Notes under the pieces: generated by a model
Told to the model about the DNA's origin: nothing
Databases searched by the model: none
The model's input: only the letters and a program-made list of their open reading frames with translations
Made by a program: the position numbers and the translations under genes
Assembly: GCA_963674965.2 (NCBI GenBank)
Contig: CAXXFL010000004.1
Span: 370,221 to 434,220 of the forward strand
Reading direction: 5' to 3'
DNA: 64,000 nucleotides
Origin: a bacterium
GTDB taxonomy: Bacteria; RBG-13-61-14; DATKZS01
Part shown: one piece after another, positions 18,811 to 27,394 of the stretch
Layout: each line of letters opens with the position of its first letter
Position numbering within the stretch: position 1 is the stretch's first letter

Positions 18811-19650
18811 ATGGATATAAACGAGCCCAGGATAGTCAGGGAAGAGATACTTCTTCTTGACGACGCGAATTTCAACGGCGACAACGTGGCCCTGGTAACG
18901 GGGATCGGGGGTGGGATCGGCAAAGCGGCTGCCCTGGCCTGCGCGGCCAACGGCCTCACCGTGGCGGGGCTGGACGTCAACGAGGAGACGGCCAATAAGA
19001 CGGCGGCCGAGGCCGAGGCCCTTGGCGGCAAGGTGGTGGCGATCAAGGCCGACCTGACCAGTGACGAGGATATCGAGTCGGCCGTCTCGAGGGCCGCCGG
19101 GCTGGGCCACGTGAAGTTTTTGGCCAACGTGGCGGGCATACAGCATATAGACCCGATCGAGGACTTTCCCATGGACAAGTACGACCTCATGCAGAGGATC
19201 ATGCTGCGGGCGCCCTTTTATCTTTCCAAGCTGGCCATTCCCCTCATCCGTAAAAGCCCGGGGGGCGACGGGGCCATCGGCAACATGGCCAGCGTCCACG
19301 CCCATATCTGCACCGTGAACAAGCCCGTTTACAACATTACCAAGTTCGGCCTGCGGGCCCTGACCCAGTCCATCGCCGCCGAGGGGGAGGGAAAGATCAG
19401 GTCCTTCAGCGTGAGCACCGGGTTTGTAAAGACGGGACTGGCACTCGGCCAGATACCGGCCCAGGCGAAACAGCGGGGAATCACGGAGGAGGAAGTGGTG
19501 CGCGACGTGATGATGGGCAAGTCGCGGACCAAGGAGATGACGTCGCCCATCGAGGTGGGCAACCTCTTCGTCCTGGGCTTCTCCCGCTTCTCGAGATGCC
19601 TGATCGGGGGAGACCTCCTTTTTGACGGCGGCATGGTCCTCACCTATTGA
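18811..19650 (+). CDS. SDR oxidoreductase, 3-hydroxybutyrate dehydrogenase-like
   Basis: TGIGGGIG, AGIQH, ASVH, YNITK, QIPAQAK. Confidence 0.85.
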   Translation: MDINEPRIVREEILLLDDANFNGDNVALVTGIGGGIGKAAALACAANGLTVAGLDVNEETANKTAAEAEALGGKVVAIKADLTSDEDIESAVSRAAGLGHVKFLANVAGIQHIDPIEDFPMDKYDLMQRIMLRAPFYLSKLAIPLIRKSPGGDGAIGNMASVHAHICTVNKPVYNITKFGLRALTQSIAAEGEGKIRSFSVSTGFVKTGLALGQIPAQAKQRGITEEEVVRDVMMGKSRTKEMTSPIEVGNLFVLGFSRFSRCLIGGDLLFDGGMVLTY

Positions 19651-19670
19651 CCTTTCCATCGAGAGTGAAA

Positions 19671-20480
19671 ATGGAAACCACCCCCAACGACGTTATAGCC
19701 GAGAGCTGGCCCGACCTTTGCGACAAGCTTTACGCCGAGGCCTGGCGAGAGGACATCGACCGGTGGCGCTCGCCCTACGTGTTCCGCGGGCTGTCCTGCT
19801 CGGATTATGAACTTATACACAGCCTGATGAGACTGGGCGGCGACTACGCCGATATGGAGTGCCACCTCCTGGGAAGTTTCAAGAAATACGCCGAGATCAA
19901 CGGCGGCAGCGGCGAAATGTCCGACTGGAAATGGATCACCCTCGCCCAGCACCACGGACTGCCCTCCCGGCTCATCGACTTCACCCACTCGCCCTTCGTG
20001 GCCCTCCACTTCGCCACGGCCAACATGAGGCATTACGACCGCGACGGCGTGATCTGGTGCGTGGACTCGAAGAAGGCCCACCAGCTTCTTCCCGGCGCGG
20101 GCTGGGAGAGCCTGCGCCTCGAGCGCGTCTTCTCGATCGGCAAGCTCGAGACCACGGCTCGGGACCTTATCGAGTTCGACCGCGTCAGCGAGGAGGTGGT
20201 GACGGTGTTCTTCGAGCCGCCCTCCATGGATGCCCGCATCGTCAACCAGTTCGGGCTGTTTTCCGTCATGTCCAGCCCCACCTCGAGGCTCGACCACTGG
20301 CTCGTGAACCACCCCTACCTGTACAAGCGGGTGATCGTTCCCAGGGAACTGAAATGGGAGGTCCGCTGCAAACTGGACGACGCCAACATTACCGAGCGCA
20401 TGCTCTTTCCGGGCCTGGACGGGTTGGCCTCCATGCTCGCGAGATACTACGGCCCCCGGCCGGACGCCCGCAAGAAATGA
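19671..20480 (+). CDS. FRG domain protein
   Basis: VFRG, AQHHGLPSRLIDFT, RIVNQFGLF, LFPGLDG. Confidence 0.92.
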   Translation: METTPNDVIAESWPDLCDKLYAEAWREDIDRWRSPYVFRGLSCSDYELIHSLMRLGGDYADMECHLLGSFKKYAEINGGSGEMSDWKWITLAQHHGLPSRLIDFTHSPFVALHFATANMRHYDRDGVIWCVDSKKAHQLLPGAGWESLRLERVFSIGKLETTARDLIEFDRVSEEVVTVFFEPPSMDARIVNQFGLFSVMSSPTSRLDHWLVNHPYLYKRVIVPRELKWEVRCKLDDANITERMLFPGLDGLASMLARYYGPRPDARKK

Positions 20481-22528
20481 CCCGCGCCGAGCGTCTCGAC
20501 CTACCTTTGCCGGCCCGCGCCCGGTTCGCCATAATCCTTTTCGCGATTTTTCTCGCCGCGTCCTGCGACGAGCCTTTCAAGGGAAACGCCGTCCTCTCTC
20601 CCCTGCCCCCCGACGCGGCCGGCCTGGTTGAAGACGGCCGGGCCGGGCCGCCGCCCGCTCGCGATATCGAGGAGTACTTCAAGTCCTTCCGGATCATGCA
20701 CCCGAGCTTTTCCGGGAAGGGCGGCCGGGTCCTTTACTCGAGCAATGAGACGGGCGTCTATAACGTTTTCGCCGAGAGCGTGAACGGCGGAAACAGGGTC
20801 CAGCTCACCCGCTCGGAGGACGATCCCCGCTTCGCCGTCGCCTTCTTCCCGGAGGACGGCCGGGTGCTTTTCCGCGGGGACAAGGGCGGGGACCAGATGG
20901 ACCGCCTGTACGTGATCGAGAAGAACGGCGGGGTGATTGACCTGAGCGGCGGCCGCGAGGTATATCAGAAATTCAAGGGCTGGAGCGGGGACGGAAAGAG
21001 CATGTACGTGGCGGACAACTCGAGGGACCCCGAGGTCTTCGATCTTTATCAATGGGACCTCGAGTCCTTGAATCCAAAGATGGTATTTAAAAACGACGAC
21101 TCCCGACCTTACGGCCTTGGCCCGGTATCCGGCGACGACGGGACCCTGGTCCTGTCAAGGGCGGAGGATGAAAACTACGGTCTTATCCAGTTTTACGACC
21201 TCGAGTCGGGCAAGATCACCCGGGCCCGGGCCAGGATGCAAGGCCCGGACAAGGAAGGAAAGAAAAGGAGCCGAGCGAGCTTTAGAAAAAAGCCCGTTAA
21301 CGGCACGCCCAAGTGCTTCTCGCCCGACGGCCGATACCTCTTCTATCTGGACGGCCAGGGACGAGAGTTCAGGTACCTGATGCGCCTGGACCTTAAAAGG
21401 GGAATCAGCGAGCTGGCCTACGCCTTCCCCTGGGACATAGTGGACGCCGAGGTCGCCCGCGGCCGGGACCTCCTTGTCCTGACGGTCAACTGGAACGGCG
21501 TCTCCCGGTTCGCGCTGGTGAAAGCCTCGACCGGAGAAGCCGCGGACCTGCCGGGTCTTCCCGAGCTCGCGGCGCGCTCGGTCTCGGTCAGTCCCGACGG
21601 CGAGCGCCTGGTTTTCCTGGCCGGCGGCGACGCGGTCTCGGACCGCTTGTACGAATATGAAATAAAGGCCCGGCGCCTCAGCGTGATACGCGACCCCAAC
21701 AACGTCTCACTGCCGGAGGTGGACCTGGTGCGGTCGCGTCCGATACGGTTCGAGGCCCGCGACGGCGTGAGCATACCCGCCTACCTTTACCGACCCAAGG
21801 GGGCCGGCCCGAGCGGGAAGGCCCCGGCCATGATCTGGGTCCACGGGGGACCGGGCTTCCAATACAAGCCCGAGTACTCTCCAGAGTTTCAATTCCTTCT
21901 TGGCCGCGGCTACGCCATACTGGCGCTTAACAACAGGGGCTCGATCGGGTACGGCGCGAGCTTCTTCGCCTCCGACTATAAAAAGCACGGTCGGGAGCCG
22001 CTGTGGGATTGTCTTGACGCAAGAGACCACCTTGCCTCCCTGGATTGGATCGACGAAAAAAGAATCGGCGTCATGGGCAGAAGCTATGGCGGCTTCATGA
22101 CGCTCATGGCCCTGGCCGAGGCCCCGGAGAAGTTCGCGGCGGGCGTGGATTTTTACGGCGTGACCGACTGGGTCCATTGTCTTTCGAACATGCCGGGCCA
22201 TTGGAAGAACGCCGAGGGGCTCCTGTTCGCCAAGATCGGCCATCCCGAGGCCGACGCCGAGTATCTGTCCCGGATATCTCCGGTGAACCATCTGGACGAT
22301 ATCAAGGGACCTCTCCTGGTGGTGCATGGGTTCGGGGACGTGAGGGTGGATAAGAAGGAAAGCGACGAGCTGGTGAAGTCCCTTTTGGCAAGGGGCGTCA
22401 AGGTCGAGTATCTCGAGTATGAGGGGGAGGGACATCGGCTTAACCGGGTAAAGAACAGGATCGACTGCTGGTCCCGCGTGGCGGATTTCCTGGACGAAAA
22501 CATGGGAGTCGATCCGGGGCCCGAATGA
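20477..22528 (+). CDS. S9 family (prolyl oligopeptidase-like) peptidase, probable lipoprotein
   Basis: LAASC lipobox-like, VHGGP, GRSYGG, D.RV, EGH; ATG 20477 overlaps the FRG stop. Confidence 0.92.
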   Translation: MTRAERLDLPLPARARFAIILFAIFLAASCDEPFKGNAVLSPLPPDAAGLVEDGRAGPPPARDIEEYFKSFRIMHPSFSGKGGRVLYSSNETGVYNVFAESVNGGNRVQLTRSEDDPRFAVAFFPEDGRVLFRGDKGGDQMDRLYVIEKNGGVIDLSGGREVYQKFKGWSGDGKSMYVADNSRDPEVFDLYQWDLESLNPKMVFKNDDSRPYGLGPVSGDDGTLVLSRAEDENYGLIQFYDLESGKITRARARMQGPDKEGKKRSRASFRKKPVNGTPKCFSPDGRYLFYLDGQGREFRYLMRLDLKRGISELAYAFPWDIVDAEVARGRDLLVLTVNWNGVSRFALVKASTGEAADLPGLPELAARSVSVSPDGERLVFLAGGDAVSDRLYEYEIKARRLSVIRDPNNVSLPEVDLVRSRPIRFEARDGVSIPAYLYRPKGAGPSGKAPAMIWVHGGPGFQYKPEYSPEFQFLLGRGYAILALNNRGSIGYGASFFASDYKKHGREPLWDCLDARDHLASLDWIDEKRIGVMGRSYGGFMTLMALAEAPEKFAAGVDFYGVTDWVHCLSNMPGHWKNAEGLLFAKIGHPEADAEYLSRISPVNHLDDIKGPLLVVHGFGDVRVDKKESDELVKSLLARGVKVEYLEYEGEGHRLNRVKNRIDCWSRVADFLDENMGVDPGPE

Positions 22529-22656
22529 CGGCCCGGGCTTTTTGCCCGTTTCATTATTCTTGGATATAATCTTGACCCAGGAAAGCGGCCCCGCCCCCGG
22601 GGACAATCACGAGGCAATTCCAAATTGCCCGGCACTTGCACGTTGAGGGAGAGGTT

Positions 22657-24594
22657 ATGGTGACCGAAAGGCGACCTGAGAAGAGCTTGGCGCGGTTGTT
22701 GATATCCCCGGGTCCGATCAGGCAGTTGGTAGGAAGGGCCATCGCCCTGACCTCTATTTTAGGCAACATTCAGATCGTCTTTATCGTGTATCTTGTTCAC
22801 CGCTTCGTGCCGATTCTGGACTCGGATTTTTTTCCCATGGTGAAATGGGCTTTCCCCTACGTTTCGGTCCTTTTCCTGGTTTTTTTCCTGTGGCTTTTTT
22901 ATTACTCCCGTCCGCTCATATCTTTCCTCTTGAGCGTCGAGAACGGCAAGGAGCAGACGGAGGAGCGAGTAAGGTTCATCCAGGAGAGGTGTCTCAGGCT
23001 TCCCTACGTGACGGCCATCGTGGCGCCTCCCTTTTACGTTATCGGCGGCTTGCTCACGGGTTACGTGGTCTATGCCACCAAGGACTGCTTCTTCGACGTA
23101 ATTTATTACGCCATGATAGCGGGAGGGCTGAGTTCCTTCCTGATCACCCCCGTTCTGGTCCTTTGTTTCCACTGGTTCGCCGAGCCGGTCGTGGCCCTGG
23201 CCTCCGAGTCGGTCCCCGGTCTCGAGCCCGCCCGGCACGCCGGTTTCAAGAGCATGACCATACGGCGCAAGCTCATCGTGGCCATGTTCACCCTGGTGGT
23301 GGCGACAACCGGCTACGTGGTGCTTATTGGCTACGGCCAGTCGGATATCATGCTCGACAACATGCGTCTTATCGAGGCCAACTTGCCGCCGTCCGTAAAA
23401 GCGGATATGGCGGCCAAGGGCGTCAGCTTCGCCGGCGACTTCGAGGCCAGGTGGGGCAACCTTGCCGCGGTGTACGCCACGCTTATGATCATCGCCTGCA
23501 TGGAGGCCCTGATCGTGGCGGCCCTGGCCTCGCGCGAGGTGGTGGGCCCGATAAAGCTCCTGGCGGGAGCGGCGGACAAGATCAGGAAAGGCGGCTACGA
23601 CGATCCCGTAAGGTTGGTTAACGACGACGAGTCCACCATACTGGCGGCGGCCGTCAACCGGATGATGGCCACCATCCTCGGGCACGTGCGGGACATGGAG
23701 GCCGTGATCGAGGAACTCCGCCATGGAATCGCCCGCATGGACGAGACGGCGGGAGAACTGAAAGAGGTCAGTCTCGAGCAGAGCAGCGGGGCAACCCAAC
23801 AGGCCGGCGCCATCCAGGAGGCGTCCTCCATAGCCGAGGAAATCGTGGCCACGGCCAGGCAGATAGCCGAGAGGGCCAGGTCAGTGGACGACGTGGCCTC
23901 GAACACGCTCGAGTCGGTCAGGTCGGGAGAGTCCAAGCTGGCCGACGCCCTCGAGGCCTTCAAGCGAGTGGCCGAGCAGTCGGAGCTGACGGGCGGGGCC
24001 ATGCGCCGCCTCGAGGACAGGTTCCAGGAGACCTACCGGATCGTGGAGATGATCAAGGACGTGGCCGACCGCACCGAGCTGCTCTCCCTTAACGCCTCCC
24101 TCGAGGCCGCCGGCGCGGGCGGACACGGCCGCAGGTTCGCGGTGGTGGCGGCCGAGACGAGGCGGCTGGCCATCAAGTCGGAGGAGGCCACCGAGGAGAT
24201 AATGTCCCTGGTAAGGATCATCGAGGACGCCACCCTCGAGAGCACCCGGCTGGCCGAGGAAGGCAAAGTAAGGGTGACGGAGGGAGGCATGGCCATACAC
24301 GAGGTGGTCGAGGCGCTTAACACCATCTCCCGTTTCGCCGAGTCGACCTCGAGCTCGGTCAACGAGATCACCCTGACCACCAGCCACCAGACCACCGCCT
24401 CCGAGCAGCTCGCGGCCTCCGTCTCCGAGGTCCACGAGGTGGCCATCCAGATCGAGGAGGGCGCCAAAAGGGTTGAGAACCAGATCGCCAACCTAAGGGA
24501 CTTCGCCGAGGCCTTGAGAAAAACGGTGGAAGGAAAGGGAAACGGGGCAGCGCCGGGGTCCACCTCCCACCAGGCCCGGGAAACCGAGCATTGA
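22657..24594 (+). CDS. Methyl-accepting chemotaxis protein (multi-TM, HAMP)
   Basis: LLSLNASLEAAGAGGHGRRFAVVAAETRRLA signalling hairpin. Confidence 0.93.
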   Translation: MVTERRPEKSLARLLISPGPIRQLVGRAIALTSILGNIQIVFIVYLVHRFVPILDSDFFPMVKWAFPYVSVLFLVFFLWLFYYSRPLISFLLSVENGKEQTEERVRFIQERCLRLPYVTAIVAPPFYVIGGLLTGYVVYATKDCFFDVIYYAMIAGGLSSFLITPVLVLCFHWFAEPVVALASESVPGLEPARHAGFKSMTIRRKLIVAMFTLVVATTGYVVLIGYGQSDIMLDNMRLIEANLPPSVKADMAAKGVSFAGDFEARWGNLAAVYATLMIIACMEALIVAALASREVVGPIKLLAGAADKIRKGGYDDPVRLVNDDESTILAAAVNRMMATILGHVRDMEAVIEELRHGIARMDETAGELKEVSLEQSSGATQQAGAIQEASSIAEEIVATARQIAERARSVDDVASNTLESVRSGESKLADALEAFKRVAEQSELTGGAMRRLEDRFQETYRIVEMIKDVADRTELLSLNASLEAAGAGGHGRRFAVVAAETRRLAIKSEEATEEIMSLVRIIEDATLESTRLAEEGKVRVTEGGMAIHEVVEALNTISRFAESTSSSVNEITLTTSHQTTASEQLAASVSEVHEVAIQIEEGAKRVENQIANLRDFAEALRKTVEGKGNGAAPGSTSHQARETEH

Positions 24595-24688
24595 CGGTCT
24601 CGCGCCCGCGGCGTTGCCCGCCGGCTTATGATCTGATATCTTCCCCAAAAGCATTCCGGCCGATCGCGGCCCATGGTCCCTGGAGGGT

Positions 24689-25738
24689 TTGGTTTTGATT
24701 ATTTTCCTGTTAAAGGCCTTTCGAGTCATCGAGAGGAGCGGATGGAAGGTCAGCCTTTGGGCCCTGTTCATCCTCTTCATCGCCGGCTATTTCGCCATGA
24801 ACCTGTTCGAGCCGGCGGGTGGAGACATAGCGCGCCTCGACGTCTACTGGTGGTGGTTCATGGTCACCACCACCACCGTGGGCTACGGGGATTTCTATCC
24901 CTCGTCCACCGGCGGAAGGGTCGCGGCCTCCATAATTATGCTCGGAGGCATCGGGGCCATAGGCATAGTGATCACGCAGATAACGGCCATGGGCATGAAG
25001 ATAAGGAGCATGATGATGGAGGGGACCGGTACCTATAACATGGAGGGACACCTTGTCATACTCGGATACCACCAGGGCAGGACCGAGAAAATAATCGAGG
25101 AAATTCTGGCCGACGAGGCGCAAACCAACGACGTCATCCTTTGCTACGATCCCGAGCAGGCCGACGAGACGCCCATGCACGACCTGGTCAAGGGCGTCAA
25201 GGGAAGACTGACCTCGCGGGACGTGATGGAAAGGTCGGCCATCGCCCGGGCCGGAAGGATCGTGGCCGACGGAAGGGACGATAACGAGACCCTGGTCATG
25301 GCCCTGGCCGCCTGCAAGGAAAACAAGACCGGCCATGTCGTGGCCGCCGTGGACGACGTCGAGCAGAGCCAGGAACACCTCTCGAGGCTCGACAGATGGA
25401 TCGAGTGCGTGCCCGCCGACCTGGTCACCATGGTGGTCCAGGCCGTCCAGGACCCGGGCATCACCCGCGTTTACAACCGTTTCCTCTCCAACCTGGAGGG
25501 ACACTCGGGCTTCAGGATGGACCTGGCGGGGGACGCGGGCAAACACAAGTACGGGGACCTTTTGGTCCACTTCAAAAAGCAGCACGACGCAACCCTGCTG
25601 GGGATCGCGCTCTCCCACGCCTACGACGCCGAACTGATCGAGAACCCGCCCTGGGACCGGGAGGTGGAGGGAGGCATGTCCCTTTATTACATCGCCGCCA
25701 AAAGACTCTCGAAGGTGGACCTTTCCAGGGTTAAGTAA
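24689..25738 (+). CDS. Potassium channel with RCK/TrkA-like domain
   Basis: TTVGYGD selectivity filter between two TM helices, then cytoplasmic domain. Confidence 0.92.
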   Translation: MVLIIFLLKAFRVIERSGWKVSLWALFILFIAGYFAMNLFEPAGGDIARLDVYWWWFMVTTTTVGYGDFYPSSTGGRVAASIIMLGGIGAIGIVITQITAMGMKIRSMMMEGTGTYNMEGHLVILGYHQGRTEKIIEEILADEAQTNDVILCYDPEQADETPMHDLVKGVKGRLTSRDVMERSAIARAGRIVADGRDDNETLVMALAACKENKTGHVVAAVDDVEQSQEHLSRLDRWIECVPADLVTMVVQAVQDPGITRVYNRFLSNLEGHSGFRMDLAGDAGKHKYGDLLVHFKKQHDATLLGIALSHAYDAELIENPPWDREVEGGMSLYYIAAKRLSKVDLSRVK

Positions 25739-25786
25739 AGAGATGGCAAAAACAAAGAGCTGCCGGACGCGAACGGAGAAGACAAG

Positions 25787-26755
25787 ATGAATGAACTGAT
25801 AAAAGTAAGGCGGGAGGGGGAGGTCGAGATAATCGAGTTCTGTAACCCGCCCATGAACTTCATTTCCAACCGGATGCTGAAGGAGTTTCACGCGGAGCTT
25901 TGGCGGGTCCGCAAAGACCCGGCCGTCAGGGTCCTGGTCCTTACGGGCGGGATGAAGGACTCCTTTATTACTCATTACGACGTGGCCGAGCTCCTGAGGT
26001 TCGCGAGGCTGGGAGACCGGACCCGGGGCAGCTTCACGGCGGCCCGCGTAATGTCCTGGTTCACGGGCAGGATGACGGCCCATCCATGGCTCGAGAATAT
26101 GGTGGCCAAAGCCCTCGAGAAAAGGCCGCCCGAGGAGGCGGGGATTTTCTACTGGTCCCGCTGCCTCGAGCTTCTCGATACCACGCCCCAGCCCGTGATC
26201 GCGGCCATCTCCGGCATGTGCCTGGGCGGAGGGGTCGAGATATCCCTCTGTTGCGACTTTCGGTTCATGGCCAGGGGCGAGAACTACCGGATCGGTCTTC
26301 CCGAGGTACTGGTGGGCATCATTCCCGGCGGGACCGGCACTCCCCTCCGGCTGCCCCGGGTGGTGGGCGAGGCCAGGGCCCTCGAGATGATCCTGACCGG
26401 GGAGCTATATACTCCCGAGGAAGCCGAGGCCATGGGCCTGATCAACAAGGCCCTTCCCGCTGAGGACCTCATGCCCCGGGCCATGGCGCTGGCGCACAAG
26501 CTCGGGAGAGGGGCCCCCGCGGCCCAGGCCATGGCCAAGGATGACATAAGGCGCGGAAGCAGGACCTCATATCCCGACTCCCGGGCCATCGACCTTTTCG
26601 CCTCCCTCCAGGCCATCTACTCGAGGGACGCCGACGCGGGCATGGAAAGGTACGTCGAGATCACCGGCAAATACGATTCCCTCCAGATCAAGAAGGTCCT
26701 CGAGGACGTGGCCGACCTGCGCGAGGGAAGGGAAGTCAAGTACAAGGGGAAATGA
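25787..26755 (+). CDS. Enoyl-CoA hydratase/isomerase family protein
   Basis: NPPMN, GGGVEISLCCDFR, GLPEVLVGIIPG. Confidence 0.9.
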   Translation: MNELIKVRREGEVEIIEFCNPPMNFISNRMLKEFHAELWRVRKDPAVRVLVLTGGMKDSFITHYDVAELLRFARLGDRTRGSFTAARVMSWFTGRMTAHPWLENMVAKALEKRPPEEAGIFYWSRCLELLDTTPQPVIAAISGMCLGGGVEISLCCDFRFMARGENYRIGLPEVLVGIIPGGTGTPLRLPRVVGEARALEMILTGELYTPEEAEAMGLINKALPAEDLMPRAMALAHKLGRGAPAAQAMAKDDIRRGSRTSYPDSRAIDLFASLQAIYSRDADAGMERYVEITGKYDSLQIKKVLEDVADLREGREVKYKGK

Positions 26756-26892
26756 GCGGCAAAAGCCGCGCGGGCGGTCCGGCGGCGCGGGCCGGGTATA
26801 AAGAGTGGGACTCGGCGTTCGCCTGGCGCTTGGCTCGGGGCCTGGCGTCGGGGCCGATATCGGGTCCTCGCCCGGATGGAGAAAGCTAAGGA

Positions 26893-27360
26893 TTATAGAT
26901 CGATCTGGACATTTCGCAGGTCCTTGCCGTCGTTTATCGTCCACTGATCGCAAGTGTAGTCCTCGTCGATATTGCCCGAAGCCCCGGCCGTGAAGGAACT
27001 CTCATCGGAATATACGTCCATGGGTGTATGCCCAATGCACCCGCGGCCGCCGGCCGTGGCTTCTATCTCCTGCCAAGCTATGAAATAGGAATAAAAGGTC
27101 GGTCCCTCGGGGCTCCAGTTTAGATAGGTAAAGCCCCCGAACCCTCCCGCGTATTCATTGTTGTCTCCGAAGTACGCCATTTGCAGCGCGAAAATCTGGC
27201 CCAGGTTGTGTTTGGCCTCGGCCTGCTTGGCCCGCTTAAATGCCGAAATAAAATGGGGAACGCTGATAACGGCCAGCATACCGATAATAGCCACCAGTAT
27301 CATAAGCTCGATGACGGTGAATCCTTTTATACTAATCTTGTTCATGACTATCCTCCTCAT
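26893..27360 (-). CDS. Type IV pilin
   Basis: KG/FTVIELMILVAIIG prepilin site, QAEAKHNL, GNIDEDYTCDQW. Confidence 0.92.
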   Translation of the reverse strand: MRRIVMNKISIKGFTVIELMILVAIIGMLAVISVPHFISAFKRAKQAEAKHNLGQIFALQMAYFGDNNEYAGGFGGFTYLNWSPEGPTFYSYFIAWQEIEATAGGRGCIGHTPMDVYSDESSFTAGASGNIDEDYTCDQWTINDGKDLRNVQIDL

Positions 27361-27394
27361 AATGGGGCGAAGTAATCTTTCCCATGGAATCGAT

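Noticed and set aside
19859-20476. N-terminal extension of the S9 peptidase
   Set aside because: Overlaps the FRG gene in another frame; ATG 20477 gives a signal peptide and translational coupling.
19671-20480. FRG gene as part of a defence island
   Set aside because: Host-like composition and no neighbouring defence genes.
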